Notes: generated by a model not told the origin, from the letters alone. Shown: positions 1-9,647, numbered from the stretch's first letter. The stretch: 64,000 nt of DNA from Candidatus Zhuqueibacterota bacterium (GCA_042570605.1 JBHPGK010000001.1:8644-72643); one strand, 5' to 3'. Numbers and translations are program-made.

Positions 1-2558
1 GGAAGGTTGGTGTATTTAGGTTTTGATCTTTCCAGATTAATTTTCAGTGAATCATTTATATCCACCAGTTCAACTGCATTATTAAGGAATTCATTCATTT
101 TCTTTTTAACATTTTCCAGTATTTTGGAATCGCTGCTGTCGGAAATTGAAACTGCAGTCAGATCTACATCAAGATTTGAATTTACAAACGCTTCAAAGCA
201 CATCCCTCTAAAATATTCTGAAACCGTTCCCCTGTTCATACCGCCGATCTGGTCTGCAGTTCTCGATACGGAACCATAGCCGAATCCCTCCTCTCTGAGT
301 TTCTCCAGCATTATATCCGGTAGATTATCCTTTGTTTTTGAGTGTTCATGTACAGATTTCTGGATTTCTTCCGGTAGATCTGATATTTTGATAACATTTC
401 TGTTCTCACTGTTTGCAAATATTAATGCTCTTTTGATTGAATTTTCCAGTTCTCTGACATTTCCGGGCCAGCCATAATTTTTTAAAGAATCAAATGCAAG
501 TTTTGATATACCGATATCTTTAAATCCTTCTCTGCTGATAAAATATTTGATCAAAATGTCAAGGTCTTCCAGGCGTTCTTTTAAAGGAGGAATTTTTATA
601 TTAAAAGCGTTTATCCTGAAATACAGGTCTTCCCTGAATTCGCCTTCATTTACTACTGATTTTATATCCTTATTGGTAGCGGTTATTACCCTGACGTCAA
701 CTTTTTTTGTAACCTCTCCTCCTACACGCTCAAATTCACCTTCCTGAAGAATCCTGAGCAGTTTAACCTGAAAGGCAAGGCTGGTTTCAGTAATTTCATC
801 AAGAAACAAAGTGCCTCCGTCAGCGAGTTCAAATCTCCCCTTTTTATCGGATACCGCTCCGGTAAAAGCACCTTTCTGATGACCAAACAGTTCGCTCTCC
901 AACAACGTTTCTGTCAGAGCACCGCAATTAACAGCTATAAAAGGATTGTCCTTTTTCTTAGAAATATTATGAATAGTCCTGGCGATCAATTCCTTACCTG
1001 TTCCGCTGTCACCGGAAATCAGAACCGGGATATTTTCATTTGCAATTTTCTCAGCAAGATCTAATATTGCCTCCATTTTTCCGGCCGGATTGTATATAAT
1101 ACCCGGATACTTCTGCTCTTTTAATTCTTCGGGTTCACTTACCTTAATAATTTCTTCATCCTTTATCCGGCTTTTCAGATTATTGATTTCTTCCCTGTAG
1201 ACATGGATCTTTTCAATGATCTCATTTTTTATTACGGAATCCTCTTTTTCCTTTTCGATCTTTATTAATTCCTTTTGCAGATCTTTAAGAATATTTTCTT
1301 TTTCTGCGAGGGATATTTCAATTTCGTCTTTAGCTTCTTCCAAATGCTCACGTTTCACTTTTTCTTCGGAAAACAGGAACGAGATACCGGCTAAAAAGGC
1401 TGCTATATTTAATAGAAAACCCGGTACAAATTCCATATAAATATCAAAAAAGAGTACCCCAATATTTACAAGAAAAAAAAGCCCGAAAAATGATAGACCG
1501 AATAGTATTCCTTTTGCCCCGGGAAACCGGATGATCATAAAAAGCATTAGTAATGCAATAATTATTGAAAATAACCAGGAAAGGATAAACCCAATGTCTG
1601 TAAGAAAATCGTTTTTGATAATATTATCTATGACATTAGCAAAAACTATACTGAAAGTAGAATTGTTTTCAAGCGGAAATGACTGTGGGATACTTTTCCC
1701 TTCTGCAATTACGGAAATCAAAAATATTTTATTCTTTAATGATCCGGTATCACCATTATTTATTATATCCCATATTTCAAGGAATGAATATTTTGTTACG
1801 CTGTTCGTTGATGATTTGAAATTAACAATTCCAATTCCATCTTCAATGTTATCGACCGTTATATTCCCGATTCTGAGTTTATTATTGTCAAAATGAAATT
1901 CATTACTGCCGGTTTCTTTTTTTAAAACATGTCCTGCTGTACATAATGGAAAGCTTGGATATTTTTTCCCTGCATATTCTGCAAAAAGATTCAATTTTCT
2001 CACTTTCCCGTCAATATCGGTAATTAAATTTGTGAATCCCAATCCGCTGAAACTTTCAGCAAATTTTTGTTCAGGCGGGTTAAATATTTGTCCAAATGCA
2101 AAACTTTCGGCAAATATGTTTAGAGAAGGTTCTACAATATTTATTACGGGTTCTTCAAGTTTTTCATGAGTAATGTCATTAAAATAAAAAACTGAGAAAA
2201 TATTATCGTATTGTTTTATTGTTTCTACAAAAAATATATCATATTCCGGAAAATCAAATGACTCTTTTTCCAGAAGTATTGAAAATCCTATGGATAGTGG
2301 TTCCAGATTCTCCAGTTCTCCAACCAGCAAGGCATAATAGTTTTTTGTTAAAGGCCAGCCGCCCAGACTTTTGATATCTTCATTATCCAGATATATTACT
2401 ACGATCCTGTCGTCTAATTCTTCCTCGCCCCGTAAAAGAAATTTTAGATCATAAGAACTTAATTCTAACTTCTGTAAAAATCCAAAATTGAGATTAAAAA
2501 CTACGGAAAGTACAAAGATGATGATTACAACAAAAGCTGATTTTTTATTCCTGTTCAA
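1..2558 (-). CDS. Membrane-anchored sigma-54-dependent transcriptional activator with an N-terminal CHASE2-like periplasmic sensor domain. It is partial: the C-terminus runs off the window start.
   Basis: The minus-strand translation gives an N-terminal TM helix, a CHASE2-like region (IVVIYLDNEDIKSLGGWPLTKNYYALLVGEL), three TM helices, a coiled coil, then a sigma-54 AAA+ domain with GDSGTGKE and YGWPGNVRELEN motifs. It is absent from the ORF track because it has no stop codon inside the window. A TTG start near 2558 was inferred. Confidence 0.7.
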   Translation of the reverse strand, partial: MNRNKKSAFVVIIIFVLSVVFNLNFGFLQKLELSSYDLKFLLRGEEELDDRIVVIYLDNEDIKSLGGWPLTKNYYALLVGELENLEPLSIGFSILLEKESFDFPEYDIFFVETIKQYDNIFSVFYFNDITHEKLEEPVINIVEPSLNIFAESFAFGQIFNPPEQKFAESFSGLGFTNLITDIDGKVRKLNLFAEYAGKKYPSFPLCTAGHVLKKETGSNEFHFDNNKLRIGNITVDNIEDGIGIVNFKSSTNSVTKYSFLEIWDIINNGDTGSLKNKIFLISVIAEGKSIPQSFPLENNSTFSIVFANVIDNIIKNDFLTDIGFILSWLFSIIIALLMLFMIIRFPGAKGILFGLSFFGLFFLVNIGVLFFDIYMEFVPGFLLNIAAFLAGISFLFSEEKVKREHLEEAKDEIEISLAEKENILKDLQKELIKIEKEKEDSVIKNEIIEKIHVYREEINNLKSRIKDEEIIKVSEPEELKEQKYPGIIYNPAGKMEAILDLAEKIANENIPVLISGDSGTGKELIARTIHNISKKKDNPFIAVNCGALTETLLESELFGHQKGAFTGAVSDKKGRFELADGGTLFLDEITETSLAFQVKLLRILQEGEFERVGGEVTKKVDVRVITATNKDIKSVVNEGEFREDLYFRINAFNIKIPPLKERLEDLDILIKYFISREGFKDIGISKLAFDSLKNYGWPGNVRELENSIKRALIFANSENRNVIKISDLPEEIQKSVHEHSKTKDNLPDIMLEKLREEGFGYGSVSRTADQIGGMNRGTVSEYFRGMCFEAFVNSNLDVDLTAVSISDSSDSKILENVKKKMNEFLNNAVELVDINDSLKINLERSKPKYTNL

Positions 2559-2579
2559 TCTATCTACCGGATTCCTTTT

Positions 2580-4085
2580 TTAACGTTCTTCCTCTGCAAA
2601 AACTTCAGCCGTAAAAACGAAAAACTCAGTGCCGTCCATTTTCCAGGCATCTTTCGGCAATCCCGCTTTCATGCAGGTATACTCGATAAAGGTCTGTCTG
2701 TCCCATTTTTCCTCAACCGGTACCTGGGGCAGTAAAAGCCCCTGCCGGTTTCCCCTCTTGATGATCAGTCCGTGCTTACCGACAACCACATTTTCGGGAT
2801 CTTTCATCTGTGAGATCGGGCTCAGCACAGATATTTCCAGCTTCAGATCTTTAAGCTCGTTTTCCGAAACAGGAGCAAACCTGGGATCTTCAACCGCAGC
2901 AAGCCTGGCAACATCACCAACGGTCTCGTATAAAGTTTTTACCGGAACAATATAACCTATACAGCCTCTCAGATTTCCATTTTTCTTAATAGTAACAAAA
3001 GCGCCCCTTTTTTGCAACAGAATATCTGATTTTGGTGAAAATTCTTCAGGTTTTGCCCCCTTAACGGCAGAATTTATGGAATTCCATGCTATTTCAAACA
3101 GCAGTTTTCTGTCTTTTTCACTCAAAGACGTATCACTGTCCGGAGATTTTCCATCAGATTTATAAAATACCGCACCCATATACCCGACAACCCTGTTCTT
3201 ATCTCCATATTGATTATCTCCGGAGTTTGCATATTTTGTGATCCTAACACTTTTTGCGCCGAGTTTTTCAGATGCTATCATTGCAGAAACTACGGGGAAT
3301 CCGCCGCAGGCTTCAATCTGCCTTTTACTCAATCCATCAGCCAATCCCTTATAATCATAATTTTCCACACAGTCGACGAACTTCTTATCCAGAGCATTCG
3401 CATCATCGTACGTATGAAAATGCGATAGATCGCTGCTTGCAACGATAAGGGCACTTTTGTTCTTCAATACTTTTGCCAATGCGTTTCCCAGTGATGAGGC
3501 GACCCTGTAATTCTGTTCTCCCATAATAATCGGGACAATTTTAAAATCCCCTAATACAACTTGAAGAAAAGGAAGCTGAATTTCAAGGGAATGCTCGCTG
3601 TTTCCTGCAGTCGAGACCTTATGCCCTTTATCGGAAAAATTCAGTACGTCAGTTTCTTTAACTAATTTTCCCGCTATATCTTTATCAATGTCGATTTTAC
3701 CCAGCGGTGTTTCATAAGCACTGCCGTCATATACAGAACATCCGAGAAAATATTCCCGGTGCGAAGGGGCGATCACAACTACAGTTTCATATTTCCTGCC
3801 TGCCAGATTTTTATAAGCACTTGCCGCAATTTCACCTGAGTACGCATACCCTGCATGAGGAGATACTACTGCCCTGATCTCACCACCGGTCTCAACCGGC
3901 TGGACCTTGTCCAGATATGACTGAATTGTTTTCCTCAGTCCCTCTATATCACCGGGATACCAGCTTCCCGCAACTGCAGGTTTCCTGACTTTTCCTTTTG
4001 TCTGAATAAGATACGGTATTCCGAAAACCGATGAAATTACGAGTATTACAAAAAATAAAGTAATTATATTTTTTTTCATTGCCAT
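2580..4085 (-). CDS. AmmeMemoRadiSam system protein B (MEMO1-like) fused to protein A (AMMECR1 domain), with an N-terminal signal peptide or anchor.
   Basis: A MEMO1-like region (AGSWYPGD...VVSPHAGYAYSG) is followed by an AMMECR1 region (RGCIGYIVP...VEDPRFAPV). The N-terminus is hydrophobic (MAMKKNIITLFFVILVISSVFG). It overlaps the next gene by 10 nt. Confidence 0.8.
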   Translation of the reverse strand: MAMKKNIITLFFVILVISSVFGIPYLIQTKGKVRKPAVAGSWYPGDIEGLRKTIQSYLDKVQPVETGGEIRAVVSPHAGYAYSGEIAASAYKNLAGRKYETVVVIAPSHREYFLGCSVYDGSAYETPLGKIDIDKDIAGKLVKETDVLNFSDKGHKVSTAGNSEHSLEIQLPFLQVVLGDFKIVPIIMGEQNYRVASSLGNALAKVLKNKSALIVASSDLSHFHTYDDANALDKKFVDCVENYDYKGLADGLSKRQIEACGGFPVVSAMIASEKLGAKSVRITKYANSGDNQYGDKNRVVGYMGAVFYKSDGKSPDSDTSLSEKDRKLLFEIAWNSINSAVKGAKPEEFSPKSDILLQKRGAFVTIKKNGNLRGCIGYIVPVKTLYETVGDVARLAAVEDPRFAPVSENELKDLKLEISVLSPISQMKDPENVVVGKHGLIIKRGNRQGLLLPQVPVEEKWDRQTFIEYTCMKAGLPKDAWKMDGTEFFVFTAEVFAEEER

Positions 4086-5215
4086 ACTCCCGGAATAGTA
4101 GTATTACATTTACTGCACCTGCCCTTTTCGAAATTTTTCAAATTCACTGAATAACCTAACCTTTGAATCACAACTGATTTGCATTTTGGGCAGTATGTAT
4201 GTCCACCTTTATGACCGATAGGGACATTCCCGAGGTACACGAAATTCAGCCCTTCGGCATCACATATTTCCTTTGCTGTTTCGAGGGTTTTTACCGGTGT
4301 CGGCGGAATGTTTTTTAGTTTGTACATCGGGTAATACCTGCTGAAATGAACGGGAACATCTCCTCCAAGCTCACTTTTGATCCATTTCGCCAGTTCCCTG
4401 ATCTCCTCCGGTTTATCATTCTGCTCAGGGATCATCAGATAAACAATTTCAAACCAAACACCTCTTTTTTTGAGTAAAACAAGAGTATCGAGTACAGGTT
4501 TTAACTTCCCCATTACGAGCTCTTTATAAAACCTGTCTGTGAATGCTTTAAGATCTATCTTGACGCCGTCAAGTACGTTTAAAAGGTCATCAAGAGGCTT
4601 CTGATTTATGTATCCATTCGAAATAATTACACTTTTAATTCCCTTTTTTCTGCCTTCAACTGCCGTATCATACATATATTCATAAAAGATCACAGGTTCA
4701 GAATAAGTGTACGCTATAGACGCACAGTTATTTCTTTTTGCTGATTCGGCAATCAGGTCAGGCGGTGCATAAACAGCTTTGACCTGCTCAGGTCTCATCT
4801 GGGAGATCTCCCAGTTCTGGCAGAATTTACACTCCACGTTGCACCCGACAGTTGCAATAGAAAAAGCTGTTGTCCCCGGCAAGAAATGGTAAAGAGGCTT
4901 TTTTTCAATGGGATCAGCATGTATAGAACAGGGACGTGAATACACCAGCGTATAATATTTACCACCCCTGTTTTCCCTTACACCGCAGTACCCTCTTTCC
5001 AGGTCATCTATTTCACATTCCCGCGGGCAAAGCTTACAGACTATCTTTTTGTCGGGCAGTTTTTCATAGTAGCGCGCTTCTTTGACAAATCTATCATCAT
5101 CGTCAATTCCCAGATTTTTCAGATTTAAGTCAAATACTGCTGCCGTGCATACAGCCGGTAAGCTTAAAAGACTGTCTTTCAGAAATTTTCTTCTTGTTAG
5201 TTTTTTGGGCATCAT
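4076..5215 (-). CDS. AmmeMemoRadiSam system radical SAM enzyme with an N-terminal twin-arginine (Tat) signal.
   Basis: It has the CX3CX2C motif (GCNVECKFC) and an N-terminal Cys cluster (CKLCPRECEI...GYCG) typical of TIGR04337-type enzymes. The N-terminus, MMPKKLTRRKFLKDSLLSLPAVCTAAV, matches the Tat consensus S/T-R-R-x-F-L-K. It overlaps the upstream gene by 4 nt. Confidence 0.8.
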   Translation of the reverse strand: MMPKKLTRRKFLKDSLLSLPAVCTAAVFDLNLKNLGIDDDDRFVKEARYYEKLPDKKIVCKLCPRECEIDDLERGYCGVRENRGGKYYTLVYSRPCSIHADPIEKKPLYHFLPGTTAFSIATVGCNVECKFCQNWEISQMRPEQVKAVYAPPDLIAESAKRNNCASIAYTYSEPVIFYEYMYDTAVEGRKKGIKSVIISNGYINQKPLDDLLNVLDGVKIDLKAFTDRFYKELVMGKLKPVLDTLVLLKKRGVWFEIVYLMIPEQNDKPEEIRELAKWIKSELGGDVPVHFSRYYPMYKLKNIPPTPVKTLETAKEICDAEGLNFVYLGNVPIGHKGGHTYCPKCKSVVIQRLGYSVNLKNFEKGRCSKCNTTIPGVWQ

Positions 5216-6192
5216 ACTGTAATTATTTTAATCTTTTCCGGATCATTTGTTCCAATTCCTAACTCGGCAGCGGTATTAATATACGTAGGTTCCCGGTTTT
5301 CTTCCTTCAAAGAGGGCAGATTATTTTTTTCACGTAATTCCTCAATAATGCTTACACCCACCGTATCCAGAGCAACAGGATCCGTTCCGATAAAAATCCC
5401 GTTATAGGGGAAACTCCACCGTGGGAAGAACGGCGGTCCGCCGTTATACTGGCAGTTCAGAGCATCCATTATGGTAATTACGGTCTTATTTTTTATCAGC
5501 GGATAATCATACAGGTCAGCAATATAGGGATCTCCAGTCTGTTCGTGGTACTTGTTCGGATTATGAATTATTCCATACATGTTTTTCATGGCGCCTGTAT
5601 AACCGCATATACCGTGGTCCTTCAGGACAGGCACATTAATGATAACATCACATTCTTCCGTTAATATACGGGAAAACAGACTCCCGACTGATCTGTTGAT
5701 CCTCAGGTTCCGTTCAAAACCTTTATGATCATTTCCGTAGCATCTGTATTTACTGCCTTGTGTATTTGTTTTGTATCCGGCACTTTTAAGGTCGCTGCTT
5801 AGGCGGTCAAATACGATAATTTTATCATCACTAATACCGGCTTCCGCAAGCTGCTTAACGATCGCTTCGGTCAATTCGACCTGAGTGGATGCGCCCCCTT
5901 TACCTGCAAGACAGTTGATCTTAATACCTACGGTCGAACCGCCGGGTAAAATCTTTTTCCAGCCGTCAACATGACTGTCTACATTAAAGAAGGATTTTAT
6001 ACCCTTTTCAAGGAGAGTATTTACTTTATCAGCATCAAGATCGTTTCTCGATATCCTGATACCGTCATCCTGCGCGATAATGACTTTTGAATCTTTCCGG
6101 TAAAAAGATTTTGATGCTCCTGCAGTACCTTTTTTTAAGTACAAACCGCCGGAAAAGAGTGTAAAATATTTGAAAAAATCCCTTCGTTTCAT
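5212..6192 (-). CDS. DUF362 family protein with a Tat-type signal peptide.
   Basis: NVPVLKDHGICGYTGAMKNMYG and GIKINCLAGKGG resemble DUF362 (PF04015). The N-terminus is MKRRDFFKYFTLFSGGLYLKKGTAGA. It is translationally coupled to the radical SAM gene. Confidence 0.65.
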   Translation of the reverse strand: MKRRDFFKYFTLFSGGLYLKKGTAGASKSFYRKDSKVIIAQDDGIRISRNDLDADKVNTLLEKGIKSFFNVDSHVDGWKKILPGGSTVGIKINCLAGKGGASTQVELTEAIVKQLAEAGISDDKIIVFDRLSSDLKSAGYKTNTQGSKYRCYGNDHKGFERNLRINRSVGSLFSRILTEECDVIINVPVLKDHGICGYTGAMKNMYGIIHNPNKYHEQTGDPYIADLYDYPLIKNKTVITIMDALNCQYNGGPPFFPRWSFPYNGIFIGTDPVALDTVGVSIIEELREKNNLPSLKEENREPTYINTAAELGIGTNDPEKIKIITV

Positions 6193-6406
6193 ATCGGTAT
6201 AAAATATACCTCATATCAAGGCAATTGTCAAGAAATAGTAAAGGAGGAAATCTGAATGTTAAAATCAAAAATTAAATATAAAAACTACATATCAAAATCT
6301 AAAATCAAATTTTGTCAAAAATGAAATAATTTATTAACCGCGAGAGGCTTATACTAATGATGTCTTGGAATGTCATTGACTGCTCAGGAATATTTGATTA
6401 AATATA

Positions 6407-6967
6407 TCACTCCTCATAAGTCAGTGAAACCTTATCAAACCATCCGGTACCATTTCCCGCCATCCAGAGGTATACTCGAATATTTTGTGTTTTTTCAGGA
6501 GTATCTATTGAAATAGAATATCTTTTCCAGCCGACAGGGTAGGAGGTTATTTTATCTATTTCTATAAAATGATAAGATAAAATTTCATGATCTGCTTTTT
6601 GTACATTGATATGTGCAGAAATATTACCGACAGTTTTTCCATAAGTTTTCATATAGATTGAAAATGTGAGATTTTTACCGGCGGGAACATTATAAACCGT
6701 CTGATAAAACATTCCGTATTTTGATACCTGTGATACTGAACTTTCTATTTTCAAACATTTTTCTCCGAAAATTGCAGATTCAGTATCAATCGCTCCTGTA
6801 ATATTAAGAGTATCCGATCCGCCATAACCCCAGTATTTCGGAATTTTATCGCCTGCTTCAAAATCACCATTTTTGAGCAATTCTATAATTTCAGGTTTAT
6901 TTGGGCTGCAGTTTGAAAATAATACAAATATGATGATTACTGCCGATACAAAGATATTTTTTTTCAT
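6407..6967 (-). CDS. Small lipoprotein with a CBM4/9-like carbohydrate-binding fold (186 aa).
   Basis: There is a signal peptide ending ...LFSNCS. NGDFEAG...YWGY and GNGTGWFDKVSL motifs are present. It is paralogous to 9656..10216. Confidence 0.5.
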   Translation of the reverse strand: MKKNIFVSAVIIIFVLFSNCSPNKPEIIELLKNGDFEAGDKIPKYWGYGGSDTLNITGAIDTESAIFGEKCLKIESSVSQVSKYGMFYQTVYNVPAGKNLTFSIYMKTYGKTVGNISAHINVQKADHEILSYHFIEIDKITSYPVGWKRYSISIDTPEKTQNIRVYLWMAGNGTGWFDKVSLTYEE

Positions 6968-7197
6968 TTTTACCTCCTTTTAATTGAGGCTCCCTGTCAT
7001 AATATATTATTACAATAATTATGCCGGAATAAGAAATAAGAAATTTATTCTCGTAACATCTTAATTATCAGTAACTTATGAAATGTACTGTGATAAATAT
7101 AAATATTGTTGAAACTGCGGGAAGTCTGAAAGAATGCGGGAAATGATGTAAAAATGTTAAGAATTAACAATCTTTATCTATTAATTGAAGGAATTAA

Positions 7198-7228
7198 AAG
7201 GAGGACATTGCTCAATGTCCTCTTTTTA
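7198..7228. terminator. Hairpin plus T-run, terminator-like palindromic repeat (GGAGGACATTGCTCAATGTCCTCTTTTT).
   Basis: It is a perfect 9-bp stem followed by T5. Near-identical copies occur at 42231-42260, and a variant at 42088-42118. Confidence 0.4.
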
Positions 7229-7593
7229 CACAAATGTTTTAACGGTATTGTTAAACCAGGGGTTGTCACATGGATATGTGAAAATTTTATTGTAGGGAAC
7301 GGTCGCGACCGTTCCCTACATCAATTGTCATCATTATGATTTTAAATTTTAGCTTACGAAGGTGTTTTTCCACAAAGTGGTCAATTCTTGACATGGTCTC
7401 CCAAATATGAGAGGAGACCCTGAAACAAGTTCAGGGTGACATTTTTGGAGTTGCGCAACAGACACTTTCACAGGAATGACACTTTCTGTGAGTGTTTTGA
7501 ATAGCCCCCTATCATTTACTGTCTTGATTCATTTCCTGAGGCTTCTTATTCAACCACGGGCTTTGGAACCTTAGCCTTTCTTCTCTCATATCG

Positions 7594-7673
7594 CTTTGCA
7601 CTATGCCCTTTGCACTTTGCTCTCTGCACTTTGCTCTATGCCTATGCACTATGCCCTTTGCTCTCTGCTATTT
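7594..7673. repeat. Degenerate heptanucleotide tandem repeat, (TGCNCTN) about 11 copies.
   Basis: tgcacta tgccctt tgcactt tgctctc tgcactt tgctcta ... is read directly. It abuts the stop codon of the M1 peptidase gene. Confidence 0.7.
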
Positions 7674-9647
7674 AATAAATACGAACTTCTTAACATCCTT
7701 AAATCTCGGGGTTTCCATTTTTACAAAGTATACGCCTGAGCTTAATTCAAAGTAAAAGTCATTCGTCAAATCCCACCTTTTTATATATATCCCAGCCGGC
7801 TGGTCATACACATAAAATTCTTTTACTTCCTGCCCGAGGATATTATAAAATGTGATCTTTACATCCGTTTTGACAGGTATATAGTATTTTACTCCGATCT
7901 CAGGTATTTCTGACTGCACACACGGATTGGGAAAAGGCTGGAATAATTTGAAATCGTCAGGGACAGGAGTAGTAAGATGCCTTTTCTTTAAAACTTTGTA
8001 ATTCGGATCGATGATTATGTTTTTGGGCTGCTCGTCAACCGTAAATGTAAAATCATCACTTCTTTTATTGAATACTATATCCTCGATCTGCATAGTACCG
8101 TTTTCCAAAAGAATTCCAATCTCAAGCAGCAGATGAAATGTCGGACCTTCCTCCTGTACCTGGCTGAGGTTAAGGTCTACTTTATAACTGCCTCCAACAC
8201 TCTGTGATGTCCAGTCATATTCAATTTCCGGCAGACCTATGTCAAAAAGCCACTGGTCAAAGAACCACCTGAGATTCAAACCGGATAACTCTTCACACAA
8301 TAGTATAAAATCCTCTGTATTAATATTCCCCCATTTAAACCGGTTTAAGTGCTCACGTGTAATGTTCCAGAAAACGTCGTCACCCACTATATTCCGCAGC
8401 ATATGCAGTACCCATGCACCTTTTTGATATTCATTCGTTCCGAAAATATATTCATACGGCGGGTCATAAATAGCATATCTGAATCCTGCATCAGCATTGA
8501 ACACTGCCTGCTCCATGCCATTCAGGTAATTGATAAAACTGTCTTCACCATATTTATACCTGAACCATTCGCCCGTATAATAGGTTGCGAAACTTTCATT
8601 CAGCCAGATATTTCTAAAATCAAGGCAGGTAACAAGGTCACCGAACCACATATGTACAAGCTCATGGGCAAAACCACCCTCAGCCCCACCGTGTCCGTTT
8701 ATCCAACTTTCACTCATTGTCGTAATGCTCGTATGCTCCATACCTCCGCCCCAGCCTCTCATTTCCATATGCCCGTATTTATCATAGGGGTAAGGTTCAT
8801 CAAAAAGCTGTACATACAATTCCATCATTTCGGCAATATTCCTGAGATCAAAAGCGGCTGCTGCTGAATCCTCCGGAAAAATATAGTTAAGAATAGGGAT
8901 GCTGTCCCCGTCTGCCACATACCAGTCGGTAGCAACTGTATAATCGGAAATTGAAAATGCCATTAAATACGTTGTTAAAAAGTGGTCTTCCTTCCAGTGA
9001 TAAGTAATTGTATTATCGGGATTTGCTATTTCTTCAATAAGTATGCCGTTTGAAGCGACCTTGTACATCTCAGGTACGGTAATTTCACACTCCCAGGTCG
9101 CTTTATCCCAGGGCTCATCAAAACAGGGCATCCAGTACCTCGCATCCCAGGGTTCAGACAGAGTAAATGCGTTCTTATCGTTATAAAAAAATCCAATATT
9201 GTCAGAATTGGTATATCGGTAATAAATATCTACAATTCCATTTTCATTATTGATAAGAGGACTGCTCAAATCGATCGATAAAAATCCCGGAATGATACTA
9301 TGACTTATTTTATCCCATGTAGGATCCGTGCTTTCGGGGTCCGAAAACAGGACACTGTCTATTTCCAGATACAGGGAATGAAATCTGATATTTGTCAGAT
9401 TTGCTTCATTGCTTTTAAAAGAAATTTTTACATTTCCCGAGTATTCTCGGTTTGTCATGGGAACATTCAATTTCAGGTAATACTTTATCACATCAAACGA
9501 ATGCGAGGAATCTGCAAAAATATGACTGCCTTTATTTAGAAATTGATTTGCTTTCAAGAGACTGTTTTTCGGATTTTCTAATAAATTCTGGGCAAATATA
9601 ATATTTGATAAAAATAAAATCAGAAGCAGGACTGTCTTATGTCGCAT
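7668..9647 (-). CDS. M1 family zinc aminopeptidase, secreted via T9SS (C-terminal sorting domain).
   Basis: HELVHMWFGD...(18)...E and GGMEH motifs are present. There is an N-terminal signal. The C-terminal roughly 80 aa resemble a T9SS CTD (GVYFVKMETPRFKDVKKFVFIK). Confidence 0.85.
   Translation of the reverse strand: MRHKTVLLLILFLSNIIFAQNLLENPKNSLLKANQFLNKGSHIFADSSHSFDVIKYYLKLNVPMTNREYSGNVKISFKSNEANLTNIRFHSLYLEIDSVLFSDPESTDPTWDKISHSIIPGFLSIDLSSPLINNENGIVDIYYRYTNSDNIGFFYNDKNAFTLSEPWDARYWMPCFDEPWDKATWECEITVPEMYKVASNGILIEEIANPDNTITYHWKEDHFLTTYLMAFSISDYTVATDWYVADGDSIPILNYIFPEDSAAAAFDLRNIAEMMELYVQLFDEPYPYDKYGHMEMRGWGGGMEHTSITTMSESWINGHGGAEGGFAHELVHMWFGDLVTCLDFRNIWLNESFATYYTGEWFRYKYGEDSFINYLNGMEQAVFNADAGFRYAIYDPPYEYIFGTNEYQKGAWVLHMLRNIVGDDVFWNITREHLNRFKWGNINTEDFILLCEELSGLNLRWFFDQWLFDIGLPEIEYDWTSQSVGGSYKVDLNLSQVQEEGPTFHLLLEIGILLENGTMQIEDIVFNKRSDDFTFTVDEQPKNIIIDPNYKVLKKRHLTTPVPDDFKLFQPFPNPCVQSEIPEIGVKYYIPVKTDVKITFYNILGQEVKEFYVYDQPAGIYIKRWDLTNDFYFELSSGVYFVKMETPRFKDVKKFVFIK

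Noticed and set aside
2629-2955. Plus-strand ORFs of 60-200 aa lying antisense inside long minus-strand genes. Examples are 2629-2955, 8349-8867, 17084-17707, 21083-21619, 21858-22331, 23753-24247, 45054-45479 and 49297-49797.
   Set aside because: Each is fully embedded in a well-supported gene on the opposite strand. Translations are low-complexity (S/F/I-rich) with no recognisable motif. They are typical antisense artifacts.
4076-6192. Interpreting the RRxFLK N-termini as mis-called starts.
   Set aside because: This is not rejected outright. No downstream in-frame ATG precedes the conserved cores and both genes are translationally coupled, so the extensions are most simply read as genuine. 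It is kept as a finding with an explicit test.
7154-7339. A 61-aa ORF in the intergenic region upstream of the M1 peptidase.
   Set aside because: It contains the conserved terminator-like hairpin repeat and a palindrome (gggaacggtcgcgaccgttccc). It is more likely structured RNA or DNA than coding.
7594-7673. Possible CRISPR array.
   Set aside because: The units are 7 nt degenerate tandem repeats with no spacers. It is not CRISPR-like.
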